Shown: positions 50,902 to 61,501 of the stretch, piece after piece | How the letters are laid out: the number at the start of each line of letters is the position of its first letter | Numbering within the stretch: position 1 is the first letter of the stretch | Origin: Bacteroidales bacterium | GTDB taxonomy: Bacteria > Bacteroidota > Bacteroidia > Bacteroidales > TTA-H9 | Assembly: GCA_049969475.1 (NCBI GenBank) | Contig: JBMFOU010000019.1 | Coordinates: forward strand, 187-64,186 | DNA: 64,000 nt | Direction of reading: 5' to 3' | The notes under the pieces: generated by a model | What the model was told of the DNA's origin: nothing | The model's input: the letters and a program-made list of their open reading frames with translations, nothing else | Database searches by the model: none | Translations under genes and position numbers: made by a program

Positions 50902-53382
50902 ATGAGCTACTTCTTTGCCGATATAGCTCGCATGTACGATTGGCCCGGAGTTACCCTGCTCAACGGGAAAGCTCTGGTAGATCATCTGCTTATCGATAGC
51001 CGACGCTTGCAAATCCCTGAAAGCACGCTTTTTTTTGCTATAAAGACTCCCAAAAACGATGGTCATCGTTACATTTCAGAGCTCTTGGAAAAAGGAGTCC
51101 GGCAGTTTGTAGTGACCGAACCCGAAGTCTTTAGCCATTTGCAGGGTCAGGCCAATGCATTACTTGTAGAAAACAGCATTGAAACTCTGCAGGTGATAGC
51201 CGCAGCGCACAGAGCCAGATTTAATATACCGGTAATCGGCATCACCGGGAGCAATGGAAAAACCGTGGTAAAGGAATGGTTGCGCGAAATTCTTAGCACA
51301 CAATTCAGCGTATGTGCCAGTCCAAACAGCTACAATTCTCAAATCGGTGTCCCTTTATCCGTTTGGAATCTGGAATCCGGTCACCGATTGGCCATTTTTG
51401 AAGCAGGTATATCGCAGCCGAGCGAAATGGAAAAGCTGGAGAGAATTATCAGGCCCACCCTGGGAATTTTTACCAATATTGGCGAGGCACACGGGGAGAA
51501 CTTTAAGTCTGTTCAACACAAAGTCAAAGAAAAACTCCGTCTTTTTGAGCAGTGTCAAACCCTGATTTATTGCCGCGACCACAAGCTAATCCATGAAGGC
51601 ATTGAAGAAGCTGAATTTCACAAACGGCTTCGACTTTTTACCTGGGGTTGGCATCCTGAGGCCAACCTGCAAATTACCGCAATGGAGCGCAACGGTAACC
51701 ACAGCGAAGTAACATTTACTTACCAGGGAGAAAATTTAAAACTAACCATTCAACTTACCGATGATGCCTCGGTAGAAAATGCCCTGCATTGCCTGACCAC
51801 GCTAATGGTTTTGGGCTGGAATTCCCGTCAGGCCGTCCACTCTATCGCAAGGCTCCATCCTCTTCCCATGCGCCTGGAGATGATTGAAGGCGTCAACGGC
51901 TGCACACTAATTAACGATAGCTACAGCAACGATATCAACTCGCTCGAAGTCGGTCTCTCATATCTGACACGCCAGGCCGGGCAGAAGACAAAAACCCTCA
52001 TCCTGTCCGACATCCTGCAGAGTGGTAAACCTGCGGAAGATCTCTACCGAAGAGTCAACGAATTACTTATCCACGCGGGTGTGAATAAAATCATTGGAAT
52101 TGGAAGTGATTTGAAGAATCACGGCTCTCTGTTTTCGATGGAAAAACATTTTTTCAACGATACGGAGACATTCCTTTCTACATATCCTCTGAATAAGTTC
52201 AGAGATGAATACATTTTGCTGAAAGGAGCCCGCCGGTTCGAGTTTGAACGAATAGCCCGTGCTTTGCGTCGAAGGTCGCACGAGACCAAGCTGGAAATCA
52301 GTCTTCCGGCCATAGCCCATAACCTGGCTTACTACCGAAGCCATCTAAAACCAGGCACAAGGGTTATGGCCATGGTAAAAGCTTTCGCTTACGGAAGCGG
52401 TAGTCACGAAATAGCCGCCCTGTTGCAGCATCACCACATAGATTATCTGGCCGTGGCCTATCCCGATGAAGGAGCGGCCTTGCGACAGGCCGGAATCACA
52501 GCTCCCATTGCCGTGATGAATCCGGAAAACGACCATTTCGATATCATTGTCGAACATCGCCTCGAGCCTGAAATATACAGTATGTCAATCCTCCGGCGTC
52601 TGGCGGCTTTTTTGGCACAACAGGGATACAGCGTAGAAGCGTATCCTGTTCACTTAAAGCTGGATACCGGAATGCATCGGTTGGGTTTTTTACCCGAAGA
52701 ATGGGATGAAGTAATCAGCTTTTTAAAGCAACAGGCCCATATCAGGGTGGTGTCTGTATTTTCACATTTGGCCGCAAGCGAAGACCCATCTGAGGATGCA
52801 TTTACCCGTCAACAGGCTAACCAGCTTCAGCACATGGCTGAGAAACTTTCCAGAGAGCTGGGCTATCCTGTGATGCGACACTTGCTAAACTCAGCTGGCA
52901 TTATTCGATTTCCGGAATACCAATTTGAAATGGTAAGATTGGGATTGGGCTTATATGGAATAGCGCACAGTCCCGAAATTCAGGAAAAACTTATGCCAGT
53001 TAGTCGGCTCTCTTCCCTCATCTCTCAGATAAAAACCATACCTGCAGGCGAGAGCGTGGGGTACAACCGACAATGGATAGCGACCCAAAATACACCTATA
53101 GGGATAGTACCTATCGGCTATGCCGACGGATTACGCCGTGAATTGGCCTTTAAAGGTTTTTCATTAAAAGTAAACGGATATGCGGCTCCCCTCATTGGTG
53201 CAGTCTCGATGGATATGTGCGCCATAGATCTAACGGGAATACCGGCTTCGGAAGGCGACCGCGTAGTAATTTTTGAAAGTGCAGACGAAATTAAACAACT
53301 GGCCCGTTTACTCAATACCATTCCCTACGAAATCATCACGAACATTTCTGCCCGGGTAAAAAGGATTTATTTGATGGACTAA
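50902..53382 (+). CDS. alr: Bifunctional MurF-like/alanine racemase fusion
   Basis: GITGSNGKT and INDSY (Mur ligase); MVKAFAYG (PLP Lys), KLDTGMHRLG, VGY and IGYADG (Alr). Confidence 0.93.
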   Translation: MSYFFADIARMYDWPGVTLLNGKALVDHLLIDSRRLQIPESTLFFAIKTPKNDGHRYISELLEKGVRQFVVTEPEVFSHLQGQANALLVENSIETLQVIAAAHRARFNIPVIGITGSNGKTVVKEWLREILSTQFSVCASPNSYNSQIGVPLSVWNLESGHRLAIFEAGISQPSEMEKLERIIRPTLGIFTNIGEAHGENFKSVQHKVKEKLRLFEQCQTLIYCRDHKLIHEGIEEAEFHKRLRLFTWGWHPEANLQITAMERNGNHSEVTFTYQGENLKLTIQLTDDASVENALHCLTTLMVLGWNSRQAVHSIARLHPLPMRLEMIEGVNGCTLINDSYSNDINSLEVGLSYLTRQAGQKTKTLILSDILQSGKPAEDLYRRVNELLIHAGVNKIIGIGSDLKNHGSLFSMEKHFFNDTETFLSTYPLNKFRDEYILLKGARRFEFERIARALRRRSHETKLEISLPAIAHNLAYYRSHLKPGTRVMAMVKAFAYGSGSHEIAALLQHHHIDYLAVAYPDEGAALRQAGITAPIAVMNPENDHFDIIVEHRLEPEIYSMSILRRLAAFLAQQGYSVEAYPVHLKLDTGMHRLGFLPEEWDEVISFLKQQAHIRVVSVFSHLAASEDPSEDAFTRQQANQLQHMAEKLSRELGYPVMRHLLNSAGIIRFPEYQFEMVRLGLGLYGIAHSPEIQEKLMPVSRLSSLISQIKTIPAGESVGYNRQWIATQNTPIGIVPIGYADGLRRELAFKGFSLKVNGYAAPLIGAVSMDMCAIDLTGIPASEGDRVVIFESADEIKQLARLLNTIPYEIITNISARVKRIYLMD

Positions 53383-53397
53383 TTGTAAGCCTATTGT

Positions 53398-55725
53398 ATG
53401 GACCATTCAACACTGCTGAGCATTATCATACCAGTCTACAACGAGGAAAATACCATCGCAGAGGTTATTCAACGCGTGTGGGAGACCCCACTGCAGAGAG
53501 CGGTAGCCAAAGAAATTATTGTTGTGGATGACAAATCGTCGGATGGAACGGCCGCTTGCATAGAGTCATTTATTAACCATCATCCTGAATACAACCTCAT
53601 ATTTATCCGCCGACCCAAAAACGGGGGCAAAGGAGCTGCCATCCGCGATGGCATTGCCCGAGCCACAGGACAGTGGATTATCATCCAGGACGCTGACCGG
53701 GAATACAACCCAGCCGATTATAACCTACTGCTGCAGCCCGCTCTGGATGGATATGCCGATGTGGTTTATGGATCCCGGTTTGTCGGAGGTAATCCGCATC
53801 GTATCCTTTTCTTCTGGCATTCCATTGGCAATAAATTTCTTACGTTCGTCTCCAACGCCTTTACCGACCTCAACCTGACCGACATGGAGACAGGTTACAA
53901 ACTCTTCAGAGCCGATATTCTGAAAAACATTGAATTAGAGGAAGATCGTTTTGGCTTCGAACCAGAGATAACAGCCAAGATAGCCAGAATCCCGGGCATT
54001 AGGATTTACGAGGTAGGAATCAGCTATTACGGTCGCACTTATGCTGAAGGGAAAAAAATTAAAGCAGCCGATGGATTCAGGGCACTTTACACCATTTTCA
54101 AATACAACTTACAGCACATGGGGCCCCGACGTCCCTTTGCCGGCTTTCTCACACTGCTCCTTCTGTTTATTGTGGCCTACAAAACTTTTTTTACCTACGA
54201 AGATAAAAAGCCCGATTTTCTTCGCAACGATGCGGCTGAATATTACCAATATCTCCCAGCAGTTTTCATTTATAACGACCCCGGTTTTAAATTTTACGAT
54301 ACATTATCTCAGGAGGTGAAAGACCGTATGGGTGTTTTCAAGTTTCCCAACGGACTTGGCACAGGCCGAATGAGCATTGGGCTTGCAATCATAAACCTAC
54401 CAGGCTTTTGGGTGGCTCATCTGATAGCTCAAACCCAGGGCACAGCCGACGGATACTCCCTACCCTATCATTGGGCAATCCTAGTTACTTCCTTTATTTT
54501 CCTGGGATTGGGTATTTATTACACCCAAAAACTCCTTTTACGATATTTCAGCCCGCTCATTACAGGTATTACAGTTATATTATTGGTGTTGGCTACTAAC
54601 ATATTAGCATACATAACCTTACATCCCGGCATGTCCCACATTGTAAGCTTTGGGCTGATGGCCATGTTGTTATTTTTCACAGATGCTTTCTACAGAAAGC
54701 CAAATCATACACTTGTGGTCAAAGTGGCCCTGCTCATGGGAATCATCAGCCTCATCAGGCCCAGCAACGCTTTGGTTGGCCTGCTCTTTCTGCTCTGGGG
54801 TTGCCTCTCGCTTCAGGCCTGCAAGGAAAGAGCTGTCTTTTTTGTGCGTAATTTTTCTTACATCCTCATTCTGGCTGCCGGCATACTGCTAGTTTGGATG
54901 CCTCAATTAATTTACTGGAAATGGGTTACAGGTCAGTTTTTCTTCTATACCTACGGACTGAAGGGAGAGCATTTCTTCTTTAACAATCCACAGATTCTTA
55001 ATGTTTTACTTAGCTATCGCAATGGATGGCTGGTATATACCCCCCTCATGTTTTTTGCTTTGGCAGGTTTTATTTTTTTATGGAGAGATAAAAATCGCCA
55101 TGCTCTTGCCATCACTGTATTTTTCGTCACTTTTCTTTATGTCATCTCCTCATGGTGGAGCTGGTGGTATGGGGGGTCATTCGGGGGCCGTAGCTTTATA
55201 GATATTTACCCGGTAATGGCCATCCCGCTGGCTGCTTTCATTCGCAAAACAGGCAAAACCCCTGGATGGGCGAGGATAATACTGCTGATCGTTGCAGGCC
55301 TGCTTATCCATCTCAATTATTACCAAACCTGGCAATATTCCAAAGGCATTGTTCACTGGGCAGGCATGACCCGGGAAGCTTATTGGTATTCGCTGAAAAA
55401 CAAAATTCCCCAAAAAGACTATTATTATTTGATATGGGAAGCAGATATAAAGGATGCCATGCGGGGTATTTATTTCAGACATGATTTTCAACCCATAATG
55501 GAAAATCAAAAACAAATAAATAAAATGCTGAGGCCTGATAGGAAGGAATTCATAGAGCTCTTGCGCAACAACATCAAAGCCAGCCCTGGCTGGTGGAAGC
55601 AAATCAAAGAAAAAGCCCGACAAAGGGGTATTAGTGAAGATTCCATGCTTACACTCGATGCAAAGTACATTTTCGAAGTAAAATACCACAACGAAGTCCC
55701 CGACAGTGTTTATATAATGCGCTGA
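53398..55725 (+). CDS. Fusion of a polyprenol-phosphate glycosyltransferase (GT2, DPM1-like) and a GT-C multi-TM glycosyltransferase
   Basis: IIPVYNEE, VDDKSSD, QDAD, DMETGYK, FEPE (about aa 1-237). Then D...YY.YLP..FIY.D, RPSN, LLSYRNGWLVYTP and FGGR.F in the TM region. Confidence 0.8.
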   Translation: MDHSTLLSIIIPVYNEENTIAEVIQRVWETPLQRAVAKEIIVVDDKSSDGTAACIESFINHHPEYNLIFIRRPKNGGKGAAIRDGIARATGQWIIIQDADREYNPADYNLLLQPALDGYADVVYGSRFVGGNPHRILFFWHSIGNKFLTFVSNAFTDLNLTDMETGYKLFRADILKNIELEEDRFGFEPEITAKIARIPGIRIYEVGISYYGRTYAEGKKIKAADGFRALYTIFKYNLQHMGPRRPFAGFLTLLLLFIVAYKTFFTYEDKKPDFLRNDAAEYYQYLPAVFIYNDPGFKFYDTLSQEVKDRMGVFKFPNGLGTGRMSIGLAIINLPGFWVAHLIAQTQGTADGYSLPYHWAILVTSFIFLGLGIYYTQKLLLRYFSPLITGITVILLVLATNILAYITLHPGMSHIVSFGLMAMLLFFTDAFYRKPNHTLVVKVALLMGIISLIRPSNALVGLLFLLWGCLSLQACKERAVFFVRNFSYILILAAGILLVWMPQLIYWKWVTGQFFFYTYGLKGEHFFFNNPQILNVLLSYRNGWLVYTPLMFFALAGFIFLWRDKNRHALAITVFFVTFLYVISSWWSWWYGGSFGGRSFIDIYPVMAIPLAAFIRKTGKTPGWARIILLIVAGLLIHLNYYQTWQYSKGIVHWAGMTREAYWYSLKNKIPQKDYYYLIWEADIKDAMRGIYFRHDFQPIMENQKQINKMLRPDRKEFIELLRNNIKASPGWWKQIKEKARQRGISEDSMLTLDAKYIFEVKYHNEVPDSVYIMR

Positions 55726-55732
55726 CTATCGA

Positions 55733-57142
55733 ATGACATTCAATTCATTAGAATTTATAATTTTTCTTCCCCTTGTGGTGGGGCTTTATTACAGCCTGCA
55801 TCCCAGATACCGCTGGATGCTATTGTTGGCAGCCAGCTATTTCTTTTATATGTGGTGGAATCCGTTATATATCATCCTGATAATCGCCTCCACAGCTATC
55901 GATTTTTTTGCAGCTCGAGCCATAGAAAGAACCCCGGAGAAGAAAAACAAACGCAAATACTTACTTCTGAGCCTCTTCACTAACTTTGGGCTGCTTTTTA
56001 GCTTTAAGTATTACGGTTTTTTTACTCACAGCCTTCAGCGTCTGCTGGCCCTGGCAGGAGTAGAGATACAATTTCCTTATCTCGATGTACTACTGCCTGT
56101 GGGGATATCGTTTTACACTTTCCAAACCCTGAGCTACACCATTGATGTATATCTGGGCAAAACGAAAGCAGAGCAGCATCCGGGTTATTTTGCTCTTTAT
56201 GTTACCTACTTCCCCCAGCTTGTAGCCGGCCCCATCGAGCGATACGATCGCCTTGCCCCCCAGCTCAGGGCCACCTTCCATCCCAATTATCAGCAATTAG
56301 CCAATGGGTTTCGTCTCATACTTTTCGGTCTTTTTACCAAAATGGTGATAGCGGATAATCTGGCTCCGTATGTAGAAAAAATCTATAATTCATACCCCGA
56401 GTTATCCACAAGTTCTATTGCCCTTGGGCTATTCTTTTACTCTTTTCAGATTTATGCCGATTTTTATGGATACTCCACCATTGCCGTAGGATCGGCTTTG
56501 CTTATGGGAGTGCAGCTGATGGACAATTTCCGCACGCCTTACCTTTCGCGTAACATTTCGGAGTTCTGGAAACGATGGCACATCAGCCTAAGTACCTGGT
56601 TCCGCGACTACGTTTACATCCCTCTGGGAGGCAACCGGGTAAGCTGGCTGCGATGGGCACTCAATGTCTTCGTGGTTTTTACCCTCAGTGGACTCTGGCA
56701 TGGAGCTAACTGGACCTTTGTCGTCTGGGGTAGCATTTTCGGAATTATGTTCCTTGTCGAACGGTTTTTTCAGGAAAAACTGGGCTGGATTACTCCGGAA
56801 CGATGGAACTGGCTCAGAGCAGTGGGGGTTGTAAAAACTTTCATCATCGTAACGTTGGCATGGGTGTTTTTTAGAAGTCCTTCGCTGCATCAGGCATTAG
56901 ATTTAGTTAAGCACCTATTCCTTCAGCCCAATTTCTCCTCATTCTTGCGACCCGATACCTTTTTATTATTCTGGCTCAGTCTATTCATTATCAGCGACAT
57001 CTGGCTATTCAACTCACGTTTCGATCAGCGCATGGCAAAGCTACCGCTGGCAGCCCGCTGGATAATTTATTCTCTGCTCCTTTTCGCTATCACCGGCTTT
57101 GCCGGTACCGACAATCAGCCATTTATCTATTTTCAATTCTGA
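55733..57142 (+). CDS. MBOAT O-acyltransferase (AlgI/DltB/PatA family)
   Basis: LPVGISFYTFQ, FPQLVAGPIER, FWKRWHISLSTWFRDYVYIPLGG, GLWHGA, PFIYFQF. Confidence 0.94.
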   Translation: MTFNSLEFIIFLPLVVGLYYSLHPRYRWMLLLAASYFFYMWWNPLYIILIIASTAIDFFAARAIERTPEKKNKRKYLLLSLFTNFGLLFSFKYYGFFTHSLQRLLALAGVEIQFPYLDVLLPVGISFYTFQTLSYTIDVYLGKTKAEQHPGYFALYVTYFPQLVAGPIERYDRLAPQLRATFHPNYQQLANGFRLILFGLFTKMVIADNLAPYVEKIYNSYPELSTSSIALGLFFYSFQIYADFYGYSTIAVGSALLMGVQLMDNFRTPYLSRNISEFWKRWHISLSTWFRDYVYIPLGGNRVSWLRWALNVFVVFTLSGLWHGANWTFVVWGSIFGIMFLVERFFQEKLGWITPERWNWLRAVGVVKTFIIVTLAWVFFRSPSLHQALDLVKHLFLQPNFSSFLRPDTFLLFWLSLFIISDIWLFNSRFDQRMAKLPLAARWIIYSLLLFAITGFAGTDNQPFIYFQF

Positions 57143-57149
57143 AAGTGCC

Positions 57150-58682
57150 ATGATTAAAAAAGTCATCCCCCGGCTGGTAGCGGTTCTTATGATTCTGGTT
57201 TTGCTCAACCAGATTTACACCCGATATATTTATCCCCATGATTTAAAAAAGATAGACCTGGCTGATTCCTTGGCACGGATAAAGGATACCTGTCAGATAC
57301 TTTATTTAGGTGAATCGTCGAATTTCAGTTTTTCCTGGGGCGACCACGACCGTCGACGCATCAGCGACTTTGTGGCGGATTATTATCCCTCCCTGAGCCT
57401 GGGTACGCTCAACAAAGGAGCCCTGCATGCTGGCATTTACCTGCGTTTGCTCGAACAAATCCCGACTCAAAGCAAACTGGAAACCGTGATTGTAACCGTC
57501 AATCTTCGCAGCTTTGGCCCCGACTGGATTCATTCGAAACTCGAAAATGTGCTTCAACGAGATATTTTACTACTCAGCCCTGGGCCGAAGCTATGGAACC
57601 GTTTTCGCATGGGCCTCAAAGCCTATTATAATCCTAATGAGACCCAGCGAAAGGCCTTGCAGCAATGGCATTATGCGAAAGACCCTTTGGGCCCGGAGTG
57701 CCCTTATCCTACGGCTCAGGCGTGGATGAGTGCCATAAAAGAAAACAAGGCCCAACCTCCTCTTACCTTGGAATCGGAACGTAAACAGGCCCTGAATTTT
57801 ATACGGCTCTTTGCCTTTTCTATTGATACCTTATCCAATCCCCGCATTCACGACCTGGATCGCATCGCCCGGTTGGCCCGCCAGCGAGGGTGGCATCTGA
57901 TATTTAATCTACTTTCAGAAAACGTGGAAAAAGCACGGCAATTGACTGGCCAAGAGCTCCCCAATCTTATGCAGCGCAACCGCGATATTCTTGTCAAGCG
58001 ATATTCGGGCATGGGTGTGGTGGTGGTTGATAACCTTGCTACGGTAGATTCCGCCTTTTTTATCGATAAAGACTGGCCCACAGAACATTATACCGAACCT
58101 GGACGCAAGGCTGTAGCCCGCAAGGTAGCCCTGGCCCTGAAGGAATTTTACCCAGCAGCCTTCTTCGACGTAAAAAGAAGAACCTTGTTTTTGAATGACT
58201 TTGAACGACCGGCCGTGGGATTCTCTTCTTCAGGCACCAACCAGACGAAAGCCCGCAGCGGTAGGCATGCCTTTGCCCTTTATCCCGACCGTCCCTATTG
58301 TCCGTCTTTTTATCTCACTACCGAAAACACAGATTTTCAAGGACCCTTTACCCTCAAAATAGAAACCTGGTTTAACGGGAACCCAAAGCCCAAAGAGCTC
58401 AAGCTTGTTATTAGCCTGAAAAACAAGGATGACCCGAAGATCTACAAAGTGTTTTATGTGGATGATGCCACCCATGAAACCTGGAAACCTTTACGCTGTG
58501 AAACATTGATTGAACAAGGTTTGCGGGAAGGCGACCTGCTGACCGCCTATGTATGGCATTCAGGCCAGGATACTGTTTATGTTGATGATTTCAGCGTAAG
58601 GATTATTCCCGTCGATTCAACGGCCTTTGTTAACTTTGCCCGAACTGGAATGTCACAACCTCATCAACCTACCCGCCTATGA
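57150..58682 (+). CDS. SGNH/DltD-like periplasmic acyltransferase partner with C-terminal CBM-like beta-sandwich
   Basis: N-terminal anchor, LYLGESSN (nucleophile-like), D...EHY...G; C-terminal NDFE..A.SG...YVDDF. Lies directly after the MBOAT gene. Confidence 0.6.
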   Translation: MIKKVIPRLVAVLMILVLLNQIYTRYIYPHDLKKIDLADSLARIKDTCQILYLGESSNFSFSWGDHDRRRISDFVADYYPSLSLGTLNKGALHAGIYLRLLEQIPTQSKLETVIVTVNLRSFGPDWIHSKLENVLQRDILLLSPGPKLWNRFRMGLKAYYNPNETQRKALQQWHYAKDPLGPECPYPTAQAWMSAIKENKAQPPLTLESERKQALNFIRLFAFSIDTLSNPRIHDLDRIARLARQRGWHLIFNLLSENVEKARQLTGQELPNLMQRNRDILVKRYSGMGVVVVDNLATVDSAFFIDKDWPTEHYTEPGRKAVARKVALALKEFYPAAFFDVKRRTLFLNDFERPAVGFSSSGTNQTKARSGRHAFALYPDRPYCPSFYLTTENTDFQGPFTLKIETWFNGNPKPKELKLVISLKNKDDPKIYKVFYVDDATHETWKPLRCETLIEQGLREGDLLTAYVWHSGQDTVYVDDFSVRIIPVDSTAFVNFARTGMSQPHQPTRL

Positions 58683-60544
58683 TTCAAAAACTACGAAATA
58701 ACCCCTCGGGGGTCGCACTGGCTCTGATTTTTATAATCCTGGCAACCGTCCGGGTATTCAATCCACCCAACAATATCCTATCATACGATACTTTTGGCTA
58801 TTACATTCACCTGCCAGCCCGTTATATCTACCACGACCCGGGATTGAAGAACTTCCAGTGGGTAGAGGAAATCAACAAGACTTATAAATGCACGCCTACT
58901 TTATATCAATTTGCTGAGGGCCAGGATGGACAAAAGGTTATCAGATTTTATAGGGGGATGTCTTTTGTGTTAACGCCCGCCTTCTGGGCCGGAGATATTT
59001 GGGCCCGACTGAGCGGCGCCCCCCGCGACGGATTTTCCAGACCCTACACTACCGCTGTATGGCTCTGGAGTTTAATATTGAATTTCATAGGTCTGTGGTT
59101 TAGCCGAAAAATTCTGCTGCGCTATTTCGACGAAAAAACCACCACGCTCACCCTGATCCTTATGTTTTTGGTTTCCAATCTCTATTTTTTTATGGGCTAT
59201 GGAAACGAAATTCCGCATGTACATCTTTTCTCTTTAATCACCCTACTTATCTGGCTCACCATACGCTGGCACAATTCTCCTGATATAAAAATCGCACTGG
59301 CCGGGGGACTCACTGCAGGACTTATAGTTGTCTCAAGACCCAGTGAGGCACTGGTATTGCTTATTCCCCTGCTCTGGGGTGTTTACGACAAAGAAACAGC
59401 CAAGGCCAAGCTTATGCTATTTCTTAAAAATTGGCCTTCAGTTATCGCCATGGGTTTAGGCTTGATTCTTCCCATCATACCCCAGTTGCTCTATTGGAAA
59501 TCCGTCTCGGGTGAGTGGTTCTTTCAGGCTTACAACGACCCGGGCTCGCAACTCGACCTCCAAAATCCCCGTTTGCTGCATACTTTGTTGAGTTTCCGTA
59601 AAGGATGGTTAATTTACAGCCCTGTGATGGTTTTCGCCCTGTGGGGCTTATGGAAATCTATCAGAGATAAAAAAGTGTGGGGATGGGCGGCTGTCTCCTA
59701 TTTCATACTGAACCTGTATCTGATTGCCAGTTTCACGAGCCTGATAAGTTATGGCTGGAGGGCGTTTATACAAACCTATGCAGCTCTTTTACTTCCCATG
59801 GCCCTGTTTGCTCGGTATGTAATACAGCTTCGAAGGGTCAGGCAATACTTTTGGGGAATAATCCTGATTTTCCTTGGTATCTTGAATATCTTCCAGGCCA
59901 TGCAGATCCACTTAGGCACTATCAGTGGTTCACGCATGACCCGGGCTTATTATTTTGCCACCCTTTTTAAAAAATATCCTTCCGATAAAGACCGCGAGTT
60001 ACTCCTGCCTGACCGTCCGGCTACCGGAAAAGAATCGCTTAACAACACTGCGAAGTTTTTCAATCGTGTAGTTCGATTTTACGACTACGAAACCCCTAAT
60101 CCTGCTTACAATCCCTGGCTTGATTCAACCCTGGCCTATTCCGGCCATTTCTCCTTACGTCTTGACAGCACCCTGGAATTTCCGCGCGGGTTGGAGTGCA
60201 AATTCGGAGAGCTGACTAACCGTAGCTACGCTTATATTCGTATCAGTGTCCGCATTTTCCCCGATGCAAATGTAAACCCTCTCGAAAAATCCCCCGTTTT
60301 GCTTGTGACCCATTCCATTAGAGACAATCAGGTATTCAAATATGCTGCACGCTCTATTTCAGATACTTCTCTCTACATAAAACCAGGTCGATGGAACTAT
60401 TTCTGGATGGATTACATGACCCCAGAGGGTATTAAACCCGATGACGGAATTAAAAGCTACTTATGGTTTAGAGGTAAAAAAGGCTACCATATCGACGACC
60501 TTCGAATTGAAGTGTTTGAGCCTATGGAAGACTCTTATCAGTGA
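58679..60544 (+). CDS. GT-C multi-TM glycosyltransferase with C-terminal CBM-like domain
   Basis: SYD..GYY.HLP..YIY.D, RPSE, LLSFRKGWLIYSP; C-terminal YDYE..AYSG...IDDL. Internal TAACTTTG box at 58631-58638. Confidence 0.7.
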   Translation: MIQKLRNNPSGVALALIFIILATVRVFNPPNNILSYDTFGYYIHLPARYIYHDPGLKNFQWVEEINKTYKCTPTLYQFAEGQDGQKVIRFYRGMSFVLTPAFWAGDIWARLSGAPRDGFSRPYTTAVWLWSLILNFIGLWFSRKILLRYFDEKTTTLTLILMFLVSNLYFFMGYGNEIPHVHLFSLITLLIWLTIRWHNSPDIKIALAGGLTAGLIVVSRPSEALVLLIPLLWGVYDKETAKAKLMLFLKNWPSVIAMGLGLILPIIPQLLYWKSVSGEWFFQAYNDPGSQLDLQNPRLLHTLLSFRKGWLIYSPVMVFALWGLWKSIRDKKVWGWAAVSYFILNLYLIASFTSLISYGWRAFIQTYAALLLPMALFARYVIQLRRVRQYFWGIILIFLGILNIFQAMQIHLGTISGSRMTRAYYFATLFKKYPSDKDRELLLPDRPATGKESLNNTAKFFNRVVRFYDYETPNPAYNPWLDSTLAYSGHFSLRLDSTLEFPRGLECKFGELTNRSYAYIRISVRIFPDANVNPLEKSPVLLVTHSIRDNQVFKYAARSISDTSLYIKPGRWNYFWMDYMTPEGIKPDDGIKSYLWFRGKKGYHIDDLRIEVFEPMEDSYQ

Positions 60545-60634
60545 GGCATTGCTAAGCACAAAATATTTTAGCACCTATTTGGGTTTAAAAACGTAAGACG
60601 ATTTTCACCCACCAAGATAACATAGTAACCCGAA

Positions 60635-61498
60635 ATGGAACCCCCCGAAAAATCTGTCATCATTCCGGCCTACAACGAAGAAACTGGTCTGCAGGCCACA
60701 TTGAAGAAAATTGCCCAATTAGGTTTTTTTGAAAAATTCGAGTTTATCGTTGTGGATGACGGTTCAACGGATCGCACGGCAGAAGTGGCCTCGGATTTTC
60801 CCCTTCGGCTCATAAGGCATGAAACCAATAAGGGATATGGCGCTGCCCTGAAAACAGGAATACGTAAAGCCCGCGGCAGCAAGGTCATTTTTATGGACAG
60901 CGACGGCCAGCACGACCCCGCTTTCCTGCCCCAAATAGCCCAAATGCTCGACCACTACGACATGGTCATAGGCGAAAGAACTGCCGACTCTTATCAGGTG
61001 AAAGCCCGAACAGGGGGCAAGAAACTCATTCGTTGGGTAGGGGAATATCTTGTGGAACAAAAACTGCCGGATTTTAATTCGGGTTTCCGCGGTTTTCAGC
61101 GCGATTTAATTCTGTCTTTGCTGCACATCATGCCCAATGGCTTCTCTTTTTCTACCACCAGCACCCTGGCTTTCCTCAAAGAAGGATATACCATCGGGAA
61201 ATTTCCCATTAAAGTATCGGAACGAGTGGGTAGGGCCAGCACTGTAAAATTCCTGAAAGACGGACCCAAAACTTTTTTGCTCCTTTTCCGGCTCACCATG
61301 CTGTTCAATCCCCTTAAGGTCTTTTTCCCTGGCAGCGTAATGCTGTTTATTGCTGGCATGCTTTGGGGTATTCATGGATATACGGTTTTCGGTCGTTTTC
61401 CCAATACGGCTACCATCCTTATTATCAGTGGTATATTCCTTTTTTTTATTGGTTTATTAGCCGATCAGATTTCGGTGATGAACCGGCGTAAAATTTAA
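60635..61498 (+). CDS. GT2 glycosyltransferase with two C-terminal TM helices (polyprenol-P sugar synthase-like)
   Basis: IIPAYNEE, VDDGSTD, NKGYG, MDSDGQH, DFNSGFR. Confidence 0.88.
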   Translation: MEPPEKSVIIPAYNEETGLQATLKKIAQLGFFEKFEFIVVDDGSTDRTAEVASDFPLRLIRHETNKGYGAALKTGIRKARGSKVIFMDSDGQHDPAFLPQIAQMLDHYDMVIGERTADSYQVKARTGGKKLIRWVGEYLVEQKLPDFNSGFRGFQRDLILSLLHIMPNGFSFSTTSTLAFLKEGYTIGKFPIKVSERVGRASTVKFLKDGPKTFLLLFRLTMLFNPLKVFFPGSVMLFIAGMLWGIHGYTVFGRFPNTATILIISGIFLFFIGLLADQISVMNRRKI

Positions 61499-61501
61499 GG
61501 C

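Noticed and set aside
50902-53382. MurF-Alr fusion as a novelty
   Set aside because: A well-known, widespread Bacteroidota fusion.
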